The position numbers and the translations under genes were made by a program. From Patescibacteria group bacterium UBA1396 (GTDB lineage Bacteria; Patescibacteriota; Microgenomatia; UBA1400; UBA1396), in NCBI GenBank assembly GCA_002305195.1, contig DBQK01000008.1, forward strand, positions 98,688 to 162,687: a stretch of DNA of 64,000 nucleotides, in the 5' to 3' direction. Shown here in pieces: positions 8,632-19,019 of the stretch (positions within the stretch are counted from its first letter, which is position 1; every line of letters starts with the position of its first letter). Below the pieces are notes generated by a model that ran no database searches, was not told the origin of the DNA, and saw only the letters and a list, made by a program, of their open reading frames with translations.

Positions 8632-8963
8632 TTTCGCTTTTAGCTTAAACAGGTGGTGGAAAACGGACCAACCATTCACCTGCGCTGACGAAAAAACTTA
8701 GTTTCAGCTGGTCGCCAAGCCAGACTAAAACGCACATAAGCTGGGTTTATGCCCCACCACCTGCGCTTATGGTACAAAGCGGTGGGACACCAGTGTTGCT
8801 AATTAAGCAACGGCTGGCACCACGTTGGAGCCGCCGAACACAAAGTTGGCGAGCTTCTTCATGGCGTTGTCAAGTTTGTTGACATTTATGATTTTCACTG
8901 ATTACGTCAGTGATTCGACGCGCCCTTGTTCACGAACATTTCCCGTCAAAACGATACATCCCC
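8570..8963 (-). ncRNA. ssrA: tmRNA; tag peptide (A)VNKLDNAMKKLANFVFGGSNVVPAVA encoded at 8883-8803
   Basis: 5' GGGGATGTATCGTTTTGACGGG, acceptor stem GGGGATG/CATCTCC with G3:U70, discriminator A, T-arm, ATAAAT before the resume codon, tag ends in AVA-stop. Confidence 0.93.
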
Positions 8964-9053
8964 ATTTGACAGAAATTGTTGTTTTATCGGTTAAACTCGA
9001 TTAGCAACTCGGTAATTATAGCAATTTCTAGGCAAAATCGCTACACTTAATCT

Positions 9054-10721
9054 ATGCTGACCAATTCACTGGCCACCAAAACTCAGTCATCGACACTTAA
9101 GAAAAAAATATCTTCACAACCCAAAAAATTTAGTTGGTCGAGAGTTTGGCACATTTGCCAAACTTGGGCTAATCAACATGAGTGGCTATTTTTATTGTGG
9201 TTATTAGTAATTATCTTGAGACTACCAAGTTTATCTGAGCCTTATTGGTATGGTGATGAAGCAATATATTTAACGATCGGCAACGCCTTAAAATTTGGGC
9301 AACGACTGTACTTAGAAATTGTGGACCATAAAACACCGCTAATCTATTACTTTGCTTCTGTCCCCAACCAATTATGGTTTCGATTATTAATGTCAGTCTG
9401 GATGTTGGCTAGTTCTTACCTTTTTTGGCGATTGGCAAATAAACTATTTCCCAGTTTAAAGGTAGCTCTATTTAGTTCAGTTTTATTTGTTTTTCTGAGC
9501 AATGTTTCATTTATGGAAGGCAATGTTCCCAATGGCGAACTGTTCGTGATTGGTTTTGTCTTAGCAGGCTTGTATTTCTTAAGCAAAACTACTTTTTTTA
9601 ATAACTGGTTACAAGCAGAAAGCCGTTCACTAACTTCCAAAGACTTATGGTTATCTTTTGTAGCGGGATTAATGTTTGGTGGTGGCGTGATGACCAAAGT
9701 GCCAGGCATATTTGACGCAATTGCCGGAGCAAGCATATTTGCATGGTTAAGTCTGCCAGGGCTTTGGTTGTTAATCAGCCCGAGGAGTTTTCGTACACCA
9801 CCACTGAAACAAACTATTTTGGGAGGCTTAATTTTTGTTGCTGGTCTTCTGTCGCCACTGATTCTATTTACTATTTATTATTGGTTTAGAGGTAGCCTGT
9901 CGGCATTCTTAGAATTTGGTCTGCTTTACAATTTTCATTACACCAGCAACTGGACTGTACCAATCGACAATATTTGGCTAGGCACACAATTTGAGCTACT
10001 TAATAAAGGTTTATGGTTAGTGTTTGGTTTACTACTGACAACCTATCTAAGTTTTATACGCTCGGCGGACAGAAAATTAATCTGGCTGTCTTGGTGGAGC
10101 TGGTTGGCTTTATTTGCTGCCTTATTGTCTAATCGCCCTTATCCGCATTACTTCTTGCAGTTAGTGCCACCATTGTCTCTGTTGGCGGCCGCCTGGTTGT
10201 TTACTAAGTCACACTGGTACTCCAAGCTTGTGGCATCCTTGCCAATTTTATTTTCGGCGGCCGCCTTAATTCTGCTGCAGTTTAAACTTTACCCTTTTGT
10301 TGATTACTATCACCAATATCTAAAGTTGGTTACGGGACAGATTTCCCAGACAGAGTATCATCAGCAATTTAATTCTCTGGTTGGTCAAAATGAGGTTATG
10401 GCTCAAACAATCATAGATAACTCATTTTCCAACGATCGATTATTTGTTTGGGGAACCAACCCAATGTTGTATGCACTGACAAAAAGAGTGCCGGCTAGTA
10501 AGTTTACGGTTGCCTTTCATATTCACGACTTGTATGCCTATCAAAATGTATTACAAGAAGTTAAGCTAGCAAAACCATCACATATAGTCGTTATGAAAAA
10601 TGAAACTAGTTGGCCTGATCTCAACGAATATCTTGGCGAGCACTATTTGAGATCGGTTGAAACTGAAGATATGATTCTCTATCGACGCAGTACTTTAACC
10701 AGCTTGATGTTGATACAATAG
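9054..10721 (+). CDS. GT-C fold membrane glycosyltransferase (ArnT/PMT-like)
   Basis: Multi-TM, DE motif (YGDEAIY), DHKTP, C-terminal extracellular domain. Confidence 0.8.
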   Translation: MLTNSLATKTQSSTLKKKISSQPKKFSWSRVWHICQTWANQHEWLFLLWLLVIILRLPSLSEPYWYGDEAIYLTIGNALKFGQRLYLEIVDHKTPLIYYFASVPNQLWFRLLMSVWMLASSYLFWRLANKLFPSLKVALFSSVLFVFLSNVSFMEGNVPNGELFVIGFVLAGLYFLSKTTFFNNWLQAESRSLTSKDLWLSFVAGLMFGGGVMTKVPGIFDAIAGASIFAWLSLPGLWLLISPRSFRTPPLKQTILGGLIFVAGLLSPLILFTIYYWFRGSLSAFLEFGLLYNFHYTSNWTVPIDNIWLGTQFELLNKGLWLVFGLLLTTYLSFIRSADRKLIWLSWWSWLALFAALLSNRPYPHYFLQLVPPLSLLAAAWLFTKSHWYSKLVASLPILFSAAALILLQFKLYPFVDYYHQYLKLVTGQISQTEYHQQFNSLVGQNEVMAQTIIDNSFSNDRLFVWGTNPMLYALTKRVPASKFTVAFHIHDLYAYQNVLQEVKLAKPSHIVVMKNETSWPDLNEYLGEHYLRSVETEDMILYRRSTLTSLMLIQ

Positions 10722-10725
10722 CATT

Positions 10726-11073
10726 ATGCGCTGGCAATACTCGATTCACTCCCAAAATAAAAAGTTTCTTTTTATTTTCTTTGCTTTGCTTACTGTTAGC
10801 TTATTATTGAGTGCAATTCTGTATCTTTTTGGTCCACCGCTAATTCCTCTCTGGTATTCGTTGCCTTCTCCGGCCGAACAACTAGCTCCAAAAGTTTACT
10901 TCTGGGTTTTTCCTATTCTTAGTGTTCTGGTTGCTATCTTGGCAATTTGGCAAGGAAGAAAAAGTAATTTAGAGCACAGTTTTTATTTATCCAGATTAGC
11001 TTTTGTTAGCGGTCTGGTTTTGTTGATATTACTACTAATTGCTCAGATAAGAATAATGAAAGTGATTTTGTAA
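10726..11073 (+). CDS. small 3-TM membrane protein (DUF1648-like)
   Basis: PPLIPLWYSLP...QLA pattern. Confidence 0.6.
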   Translation: MRWQYSIHSQNKKFLFIFFALLTVSLLLSAILYLFGPPLIPLWYSLPSPAEQLAPKVYFWVFPILSVLVAILAIWQGRKSNLEHSFYLSRLAFVSGLVLLILLLIAQIRIMKVIL

Positions 11074-11126
11074 TCTATCTGATTATTAAAATTAAATAGA
11101 ATTAAGATCAATTAGATATATTTAAT

Positions 11127-12215
11127 ATGCAACTTAATTGGGTTATTACGTGGGTTATTAGTGGCGCGGCCGCGGCCGCGGCCGCGCCACTAATAATCTC
11201 CCTCTATCAACGTCTTGGTTGGGTGGACGATCCAGCTAAACAAAAACACCCCAAGGTCGTCCATACCTATCCAGTTCCAAGAGGCGGTGGGTTGGTGGTC
11301 TCGACCGGAATTATTGCGGGCGTTGTTTTACTTAATCACTACGATCCTTCACTGAACGGCATCTTGCTGGGTGCCTTACTACTACTGATTAGTGGAACCT
11401 TGGATGATGCCTACAATTTGAGTCCGTACTTACGAATAGTGATCAATATTTTAGCCGCTGTTTGTGTAGTACTAAGCGGGATTGGGATTGACTATATCAC
11501 TAACCCTTTAGGTGAAGGCGTAATTTTCTTGAATCAGTGGCCAATTTCATTGCTGTTATTTAATCATCCTTTATCTTTTTCTTTGCCTGCCGATTTATTA
11601 GCCATTGCCTGGATAGTTTGGAATATGAACGCCGTTAACTGGGCTAAAGGTGTCGACGGCCAACTACCAGGATTTGTTAGCTTGTCGGCAATTTTTATTG
11701 CCTTGTTAGCTCTCCGTTTCATCGGCGATACTAGTCAGGTTACCGTGATTAATTTAGCCTTAAGTGTTAGCGGCGCTTATGCCGGTCTACTACTTTGGAA
11801 CAAATATCCGCAAAAAATGATGCCTGGCTATGCGGCCGGTTCGCTGGGAGGCTATTTTTTGTCGGTTTTGGCGATACTATCCGGAGCCAAGATAGCCACA
11901 GTTTTACTTTTACTGGCTATTCCCACAGCTGATGGAATTTTTACTTTGGTCAGGCGATTGGCCAAAGGCCAATCGCCTGTCTGGGGCGACCGAGCTCACC
12001 TTCATCATCGAATGCTCGACGCCGGTTGGGGGAAACGACGAATTGCTTTTTTTTATTGGGTAACAACTGCCTTGTTTGGTATTATCGCCTTACAGCTGGA
12101 TTCTAGGGCTAAACTCTATGCTATGATGGCTGCAGCAATTGTATTTACGGCAATGATTATATGGTTCAAACGCTCTATTACCTCCTCAAAACCGCCCGTC
12201 CTAGACAATGGATAA
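11127..12215 (+). CDS. MraY/WecA/TagO family polyprenyl-phosphate HexNAc-1-P transferase
   Basis: HxxPVPRGGG, LDD, NAVNWAKGVDG, DRAHLHHR. Confidence 0.92.
   Translation: MQLNWVITWVISGAAAAAAAPLIISLYQRLGWVDDPAKQKHPKVVHTYPVPRGGGLVVSTGIIAGVVLLNHYDPSLNGILLGALLLLISGTLDDAYNLSPYLRIVINILAAVCVVLSGIGIDYITNPLGEGVIFLNQWPISLLLFNHPLSFSLPADLLAIAWIVWNMNAVNWAKGVDGQLPGFVSLSAIFIALLALRFIGDTSQVTVINLALSVSGAYAGLLLWNKYPQKMMPGYAAGSLGGYFLSVLAILSGAKIATVLLLLAIPTADGIFTLVRRLAKGQSPVWGDRAHLHHRMLDAGWGKRRIAFFYWVTTALFGIIALQLDSRAKLYAMMAAAIVFTAMIIWFKRSITSSKPPVLDNG
11155..11196. repeat. 42-bp perfect palindrome inside the CDS
   Basis: TTATTAGTGGCGCGGCCGCGGCCGCGGCCGCGCCACTAATAA equals its own reverse complement. Confidence 0.95.
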
Positions 12216-13120
12216 AAAACCTGGCAGTTTACGCCGCTTTGGTTTTTTCCGGTCTATTTTTCTTTGATTTTCCTAATTATCTATTGCAAGTAACCACAAC
12301 TTTTTTTCTTTTTTGTATTTTGTCGTCATCTCTTTACATTCTTAATGATATTGTCGATCGAAAATCAGACAAACAGCATCCGTTTAAGAAAAAAAGACCT
12401 CTCGCTTCCGGTGATCTTTCAGTGCGTACCGCTCTATTAGCTGCTTCCTCCGGAATAATTTTATCGTTAATAATATCTTTGTCTTTGTCACCGTTTTTAT
12501 TTCTAATAACTGGAAGTTATTTACTTCTTCAGCTGGCATATAACATGGTCCTGAAAAGCATTCCTATTTTAGATGTTTTAGCGATAGCTGCAGGGTTTAT
12601 GCTACGAGTTTATGCCGGTGCAATTACAGTTAACCTCCATATGAATGTTTGGTTTTTATTAACAGTAATCTCGGCATCCCTCTTTATCGCAGTGAGTAAA
12701 CGCCAAAGCGAGCGAACCTTATTAACCGGTATGGAAAATCGAGTTGGTTTTGCCACTAGAAAAACTTTAGAAAAATACAGCCAACGTTTATTAGATATTT
12801 ATACTGGGATGTTTGCTAATGCCACCTGGCTTACCTATGCCCTCTTTGCTTTTCAACTTGACAGCTCTGTAACAGCAGGCAACATTCCCACCCTTCTCGC
12901 TTACGTTCCCAGAGCTTTTGTGGCTCAAAAGTGGCTAATGTTAACCGTGCCACTCGTAATTTACATTGTGATGCGTTATTTGCAGCTGGTTTATGAAAAT
13001 AATCAAGGAGAATCACCAGAAAGAGTGTTACTGCAAGACAAACCTCTATTAGCCGCAGCCATTGTCTGGGGGACTATGGTGATGACGATTCTATACTTTC
13101 TGGAGATGATCGCAGTCTAG
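12161..13120 (+). CDS. UbiA family polyprenyl-phosphate phosphoribosyltransferase (DPPR synthase-like)
   Basis: RPRQWIKN, NDIVDRKSDKQHPFKKKRPLASG, KRQSE. Confidence 0.9.
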   Translation: MVQTLYYLLKTARPRQWIKNLAVYAALVFSGLFFFDFPNYLLQVTTTFFLFCILSSSLYILNDIVDRKSDKQHPFKKKRPLASGDLSVRTALLAASSGIILSLIISLSLSPFLFLITGSYLLLQLAYNMVLKSIPILDVLAIAAGFMLRVYAGAITVNLHMNVWFLLTVISASLFIAVSKRQSERTLLTGMENRVGFATRKTLEKYSQRLLDIYTGMFANATWLTYALFAFQLDSSVTAGNIPTLLAYVPRAFVAQKWLMLTVPLVIYIVMRYLQLVYENNQGESPERVLLQDKPLLAAAIVWGTMVMTILYFLEMIAV

Positions 13121-14359
13121 TCGATTAAAAAACTTTCTTATCAACCAAATCCCAAAAACAATAAGCGCTCCAATCCAAGTTGTAGCTCTCATCTGCCAAA
13201 TCACCTGATCGGTGTATTCTAAATTATTGGCCAGCCAAGGCCAATATCTTAGTAAAGAGCTAATCATCAATCCTAGCAAAATCGCCCGTAAGCTTGACCA
13301 TTTAACAAATGGCCAAAAAGCTAGCGGCCAAATTAAATACCAAGGGTGAAACCACTGCGATCGAGCCGTAAATAAGGGTAAGATCATTAGTAATGCCGCA
13401 AAATCTCCCCAGTGATTCATCAAAAAATCATTTGTTTTTCCCAGCCACTCAATTTGCCGATACTTATTAACTACAGGCTGTAAAAACATAAACAGCACAA
13501 TTGGAGCTAAAAGAATTGTACTGAGTTTAACATTCCAGGAAAATGTCCACAGCAGAACCGCCACCAACCCATATCGCCAATTAAACTTTGATCTGAGTTG
13601 TAATAATAGAATTGATAATAACGCCGGCCACATCATCCAAAAATCATTATGACCATTAAGCACAACCTCTAATACAAACAATGGATTAGAAGCTAAAAAC
13701 CACCACTTAGCTGAATTATTATTTTGAGAAAGGCGATTAAACCACCACCAAATTATCAATAGATAAATTGCGAATCCAAAAACTGACCACATCTTCATTA
13801 ACAAAAAAGCAAGCGAAAAAATGCCAGCACTTAGACCGAGAGGCAATAGCGAAACAGCCGTCCAGCCGTAGCCGTAAGGCGCTGGGGTGTGAATATTGTG
13901 CATAAACCTTACCCAGGGATCGCTGGCAAACTCCATTGCCGTAATTTGATGTGGATTTGTCTGATAAAACAGAACCATTTTGGCGTTAAATAGATAATTA
14001 AATATATCGTGAGACAAGGCATTGTATCCGAGCCATAAAGGCACCATTATAATTAACCACCATTTAATAATCTGCCAAGACGATCGGCTGGTTATTTTGG
14101 GTAAAACAGATTGATAGTTGGTTTTGCTCAACTGAAACCAGGCAATCAACCAACTTGCTATGAGCACAATATAAATTGTTGTTAATAACTCTGGTTGATT
14201 CCGCCAACTCTGCCACCAATGTTGCCAGCGCCAGGCAAAATCAAGAGGTAAAAACACTAAATTATAATCGATATAAATCTGCGACCAAAAAAAAGTAAGA
14301 ATCGATAAAAAAAAGAGAATTGCTAACCAATTGACCGATAAAATCTTGATGCTACGCAT
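13091..14359 (-). CDS. GT-C polyprenol-phosphosugar-dependent glycosyltransferase (MptA/B-like)
   Basis: SHDIFNY, PYGYGW, NP..GHND, FHPWY motifs; multi-TM. Confidence 0.75.
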   Translation of the reverse strand: MRSIKILSVNWLAILFFLSILTFFWSQIYIDYNLVFLPLDFAWRWQHWWQSWRNQPELLTTIYIVLIASWLIAWFQLSKTNYQSVLPKITSRSSWQIIKWWLIIMVPLWLGYNALSHDIFNYLFNAKMVLFYQTNPHQITAMEFASDPWVRFMHNIHTPAPYGYGWTAVSLLPLGLSAGIFSLAFLLMKMWSVFGFAIYLLIIWWWFNRLSQNNNSAKWWFLASNPLFVLEVVLNGHNDFWMMWPALLSILLLQLRSKFNWRYGLVAVLLWTFSWNVKLSTILLAPIVLFMFLQPVVNKYRQIEWLGKTNDFLMNHWGDFAALLMILPLFTARSQWFHPWYLIWPLAFWPFVKWSSLRAILLGLMISSLLRYWPWLANNLEYTDQVIWQMRATTWIGALIVFGIWLIRKFFNRLDCDHLQKV

Positions 14360-15107
14360 GGTATCGCCCTAGCCAGTCAGCAAGTCGTATTTTAACAATA
14401 TCCAAAAACATCCTGATAGAATCTTTGACTGGGTTGACTCGATCACTTTCATTGTGCTCCCACAAGACAGGCACTTCAGCAATATGATAGCCAAGTTTTT
14501 TAGCTAAAAAGAGCAATTCAACGTCAAAGGCGCCGGTAAAAGCATCTTGCCTCTCTTTATTGACATAAATCACTAGCCTGGGAAAAAGATCTTCGGTGGC
14601 CTGAGCACTAAAAAGTTTGAAACCACATTGGGTATCATGAATACCGGCGATTGCCACGGTTTGAACCACGAAATTAAAGCCCTTTCCCATAATGTGTCTA
14701 TACCAAGGCTCTTTATCACGTTTGGCTCCTTGTAAGGCTCTCGAGCCAATAACAATATCGGCACCATCCTCAACAAATGGCCACATTTTTTCGATCTCTG
14801 ATATAGGCGTAGATTGGTCAAAATCTGTAAAAAGTCGATATTGGCCTGTGGCTGCTAGCATCCCGGCCGCCACGGTTGGCCCTTTGCCTCGGTGAGAATT
14901 TAATTGAGTTTTCACCTGAGGGTGATTTTGAGCAAATTTAATTAATTCCTCTTTGGTTCCATCGGTAGAACCATCATCGGTCAAAATGATTTCAAAACTA
15001 TAATCCTGTTTTTTGAGATAATCTAACACTGAATTCAGTACACCTCGTCGTAGATTTTTAATTTCATTATAGGAAGGGATCACTACCGAAAGAAAAACAT
15101 TTGGCAT
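14352..15107 (-). CDS. GT2 polyprenyl-phosphate glycosyltransferase (Alg5/DPG synthase-like)
   Basis: VVIPSYNE, DDGSTD, GKG, DTQCGFKLF, FDVELL. Confidence 0.9.
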   Translation of the reverse strand: MPNVFLSVVIPSYNEIKNLRRGVLNSVLDYLKKQDYSFEIILTDDGSTDGTKEELIKFAQNHPQVKTQLNSHRGKGPTVAAGMLAATGQYRLFTDFDQSTPISEIEKMWPFVEDGADIVIGSRALQGAKRDKEPWYRHIMGKGFNFVVQTVAIAGIHDTQCGFKLFSAQATEDLFPRLVIYVNKERQDAFTGAFDVELLFLAKKLGYHIAEVPVLWEHNESDRVNPVKDSIRMFLDIVKIRLADWLGRYHA

Positions 15108-15152
15108 AAACTATTTTATTCTAATACGCCTGCTTGTGGGTGTCACTGGGAA

Positions 15153-16742
15153 TTATGGCTGCTTAGCTATCAGATAAATCAGTGGCCCACCAGGATAGTC
15201 GACTATTTTATACTCTCCCTTAGGGAAGGAACTAATCTCGTAAACAGGTGAATTAATCACTTTGTCTGCTTCCCGAGGGTTTTCGGCAATAATCACCAGC
15301 CAGTCTGCATCAGAAACATTTTCTTGAGCCACCGGCGGATGACTTGAGTTAATCAAAAAGTATCGATAATTTAACCCGCGATAGTCTTTAATTTCGGTTA
15401 AGGCTGCCAGTGAGTAGGATTGTTCTGTTGGAATTTCTCTTAGAACTGTCTGTGCCACGGCTTCCATTTTTGAAATCGGCCAACCTAAAGTATCTAGATA
15501 TTCTAGCTGCTTTGGCTGCACCTGCAGCCAACTAATGTAAATTAGTAAGCTACTTGCTAGAAGAAGTCCAGGAAGTTTCAGGTAGGTGCGAAGCCAAACC
15601 AGTATTGCACCGGTTACTAAATAAGAAATCGGGAAAAAATACGTCAAGTAATGATGGTGAACGGTTGATCTATACCAAGCCAAACCTGAAATAGTAGTCA
15701 GACAAGCAAGTAGTAATAGCCAAAAGCCGAATTGATAATGATGTTTTTTGGACCAGTGCCAACCTAAAAATGCTGTTCCAGCATAAACGCATAGTAAAGC
15801 CGTATTTAGTGATCGATATAAACTTCCCCATTCTTGTCCCCAAATCTCAAAGAAAATATGCATTGCCCGACCATGGTGTTCTTTAACAAAGGCTATTAGA
15901 CGCTCACTTATTAGAAAATTTTCACTGCCAGTGGCAGTGGTACCTGCAAAAAAATCAGTAAAGCCTTTAGCAATCACTCCATTAAATCGTAAGTTAAAGA
16001 GAACTAGCGGCAAAAAAGACAGCAAAATTATGGCTAACCCACTTAAACTAGAAATTAAAAGAGATCGAGCACGATTTGTCTGACCGATTTTAACAACTCG
16101 ATAAGAACGAACAAAATCTGCTAATAATAGGATGCCAAATGGAGCAGCGATTAACATCGCCACGTAATGCAGTTGAATCATTACTGCCCAACCTAAAGCA
16201 ACTCCAATCCACCATTTGGGCGAACCGTGCCAAGCTTTCCAACCTGCATAAAGCATCCCTAAAGTTACTATGGGGGCCGGATTGGGATTCCAACTAAATC
16301 TGGTGTAGAGATTAACATAAGGAGCGAAAGCATATAACAAAGTAGCTAGGGTGGCGGCGGTTGGTCCGACCAACCGCCGCCCAACCATAAACAATAAAGG
16401 TACGGTTATAACACCAATAATCGCTACCGCATAAGCTGGACCCAGCGGACTACCGCTGGCTAACCACAAAAATGGCGCCATAAAATAGTAATAAATTGGA
16501 CCTAGGTACATTTCACCAACACTTGTAGACGGTCCAACTAGAGTAAAATCGCCGTGTAAAATTCCATGAGCAATTATCGCATCACGACCTTGATCGGCAA
16601 GAAACTGAAGACTGTTTGGTAAGTTAAACAAACGATAAGCGGCACCAAATAAAGTAGCTATACAAACAGCTAAGTACTGCCAACGCTGAGAGTTAGAAAG
16701 CCTCACCCACCATTGTCGATACACCGTTAGCCAGTTTCTCAT
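15153..16742 (-). CDS. ArnT/GT39-like GT-C glycosyltransferase
   Basis: ADQGRD, YLGPIYYY, RFSWNPN; multi-TM. Confidence 0.85.
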   Translation of the reverse strand: MRNWLTVYRQWWVRLSNSQRWQYLAVCIATLFGAAYRLFNLPNSLQFLADQGRDAIIAHGILHGDFTLVGPSTSVGEMYLGPIYYYFMAPFLWLASGSPLGPAYAVAIIGVITVPLLFMVGRRLVGPTAATLATLLYAFAPYVNLYTRFSWNPNPAPIVTLGMLYAGWKAWHGSPKWWIGVALGWAVMIQLHYVAMLIAAPFGILLLADFVRSYRVVKIGQTNRARSLLISSLSGLAIILLSFLPLVLFNLRFNGVIAKGFTDFFAGTTATGSENFLISERLIAFVKEHHGRAMHIFFEIWGQEWGSLYRSLNTALLCVYAGTAFLGWHWSKKHHYQFGFWLLLLACLTTISGLAWYRSTVHHHYLTYFFPISYLVTGAILVWLRTYLKLPGLLLASSLLIYISWLQVQPKQLEYLDTLGWPISKMEAVAQTVLREIPTEQSYSLAALTEIKDYRGLNYRYFLINSSHPPVAQENVSDADWLVIIAENPREADKVINSPVYEISSFPKGEYKIVDYPGGPLIYLIAKQP

Positions 16743-16745
16743 ATC

Positions 16746-17987
16746 TTACTTATTTTTTCGCCAGATTAATCGACTATAAATTGTAAAGTTCCAAACCATC
16801 CCCAGTAAAACACCGATTATCAGATATAAATTATCACTGGTTATATCAATGCTCCAGACTTTAAGTAGGGTGAAAACACCAAAAGTCAGCACTGAGATCT
16901 GCATCGTTAAATATTGAATCACCACCGATCCTAATGAGCCAAAATTAAATTGCAAAAACTTCTTTGCGTGATTAATAAAACCAAAAATTTGCCGGTCCTT
17001 AAATGTCCAGATATTATTCCAGAGATAATTTGACAAAATTGCCACCTCTGCCGATAAAGCGACCGCCAAACCTTCATCTGATAATAAATTGCTAAACCAA
17101 CCATTCTGACCAGCAAGTTTTAACCAAGAGCTTAAACTTGTCCATAAGCTAAGCCAACGAAATAGGTGGTAAAAAGTTAAATTAACCACAAACCCGATGC
17201 CGCCAACAATGGCAAACTTAGTGATTCGATGATTAAACAGTTCTTTAAGGCGCACTCCCACAATGTAGAGTAGTGTGTTAATTATATATTCTGGTCCCAA
17301 TTTGGACACACCAACCGTTCGATCAACAAAGTGAAAAGGCACTTCAACTACTTTGTAACCTGCTCGAAGTGATTTGTGTAAAAACCCTATCTGAAAAGTG
17401 TAGCCTGAGAAACGCTCGCTTAATAACTCCGGGTGAATTTTGTCATAAACTTCCTTGCGGATAGCACGATAACCGGTTGTCCAATCTCTGACTGCGGTCG
17501 AACCCAGAATAACTGAGGCAGTCAAGTTACCCACCACACTTAAAAATTTACGGTAAAACCCCCAATTGGCTGGAATCGAACCACCTTTTATATAGCGTGA
17601 TCCTAGAACAAGATCGGCACCAGCATCAATAGCTCGCAAAAATGAGGCAAGTATTTTTGGATCGTGAGACAGATCGGCGTCCATTTCAAACACTACCTGC
17701 GCCCCCATTTGGTTAAAAGCTTTATTCATTCCGGCTAAATAAGCACCGCCTAAACCCATTTTCTTTTTGTTAACCAACAACTCGACAAAAGAGTATTTTT
17801 TTTGCAGCTGTTTAATTTCCTCAGCTGTCCCGTCTGGTGATGAATCATCAACAAATAATAATTTGATATCCCAATCAGAAATATTTTTAATGACCTTGGC
17901 AACAATTGGCACTAATTTCTTTACATTAGGACGCTCGTTATAAGTGGGCGAAATAATGACAGCTAATTTTTGCTTACTGGCAGCCAT
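16746..17987 (-). CDS. Dpm1-like polyprenol-phosphate hexose synthase fused to GtrA domain
   Basis: PTYNE, DDSSPDGT, MDADLSHDP; C-terminal KFAIVG...NYLWNNIWTF GtrA. Confidence 0.9.
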   Translation of the reverse strand: MAASKQKLAVIISPTYNERPNVKKLVPIVAKVIKNISDWDIKLLFVDDSSPDGTAEEIKQLQKKYSFVELLVNKKKMGLGGAYLAGMNKAFNQMGAQVVFEMDADLSHDPKILASFLRAIDAGADLVLGSRYIKGGSIPANWGFYRKFLSVVGNLTASVILGSTAVRDWTTGYRAIRKEVYDKIHPELLSERFSGYTFQIGFLHKSLRAGYKVVEVPFHFVDRTVGVSKLGPEYIINTLLYIVGVRLKELFNHRITKFAIVGGIGFVVNLTFYHLFRWLSLWTSLSSWLKLAGQNGWFSNLLSDEGLAVALSAEVAILSNYLWNNIWTFKDRQIFGFINHAKKFLQFNFGSLGSVVIQYLTMQISVLTFGVFTLLKVWSIDITSDNLYLIIGVLLGMVWNFTIYSRLIWRKNK

Positions 17988-18005
17988 AATCTCCTCTTAT
18001 CTAAC

Positions 18006-18980
18006 TTATTTATTTTTACTTTGCTCGGCTAAATCAGCTTCAACCATCATCTTGACCAATTCATCGAAAGATGTCTTCGGCTCCCAGCCGAGTTTTTTCT
18101 TGGCTTTGCTGGCATCACCAATAAGCAAATCTACTTCAGCCGGTCGCATGTATTGTGGATCTACCTCAACCACTTTCTGCCAGTTGTCAATACCAGCAAC
18201 CTCACATGCCTTAACTAAAAAGTCTTTAACCGAGTGTGTTTGGCCAGTGGCAATCACAAAATCCTCGGGCTTATCTTGTTGCAGCATCAACCACATAGCT
18301 TCTACATAATCACCGGCAAAACCCCAATCTCGTTTAGAATCGAGATTACCTAGGTAGACCTTATCTTGCAGGCCTAATTTTACTCTGGCAATACCGTGTG
18401 AAATCTTCCGAGTCACAAACTCTAAACCTCTTCGAGGTGACTCATGATTAAATAGTAAACCAGAGACGGCAAAAATATTAAATGACTCCCGATAATTAAC
18501 GGTTATCCAATGCCCATAAACTTTTGCAACACCATAAGGAGATCGTGGATAAAAAGGAGTTTTTTCATTCTGAGGTACTTCTTGCACTTTACCAAACATT
18601 TCAGATGATGAAGCCTGATAGAACTTAGTTTCGGGACAGGCTAATTTGACTGCTTCTAACATTCTGGTAACACCGATGGCGGTAAACTCGCCAGTTAAAA
18701 CTGGCTGTTCCCAACTGGTTTGTACAAAGGACTGAGCGGCTAAATTGTAAACTTCGTCAGGTTTAATATCTCTGAGTGCCTGAGTTAATGAGTGCTGATC
18801 AATTAAGTCGCCAGAAACAAGATGTAAATTAGGGTTATCAATTATATGATCAATACGATTAAAATTTTGGGTACTGGTGCGCCTAGTTAAACCGTGGACT
18901 TCATACCCTTTGTCAAGTAAAAATTCGGCTAAATAGGAACCATCTTGACCGGTTATACCAGTAATAAACGCTTTCTTCAT
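18006..18980 (-). CDS. gmd: GDP-mannose 4,6-dehydratase
   Basis: [34 protein letters not shown]. Confidence 0.97.
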   Translation of the reverse strand: MKKAFITGITGQDGSYLAEFLLDKGYEVHGLTRRTSTQNFNRIDHIIDNPNLHLVSGDLIDQHSLTQALRDIKPDEVYNLAAQSFVQTSWEQPVLTGEFTAIGVTRMLEAVKLACPETKFYQASSSEMFGKVQEVPQNEKTPFYPRSPYGVAKVYGHWITVNYRESFNIFAVSGLLFNHESPRRGLEFVTRKISHGIARVKLGLQDKVYLGNLDSKRDWGFAGDYVEAMWLMLQQDKPEDFVIATGQTHSVKDFLVKACEVAGIDNWQKVVEVDPQYMRPAEVDLLIGDASKAKKKLGWEPKTSFDELVKMMVEADLAEQSKNK

Positions 18981-19019
18981 ATTTTTTTCTCCTTAATTTT
19001 TCAAGTCATTTTTGATTAA

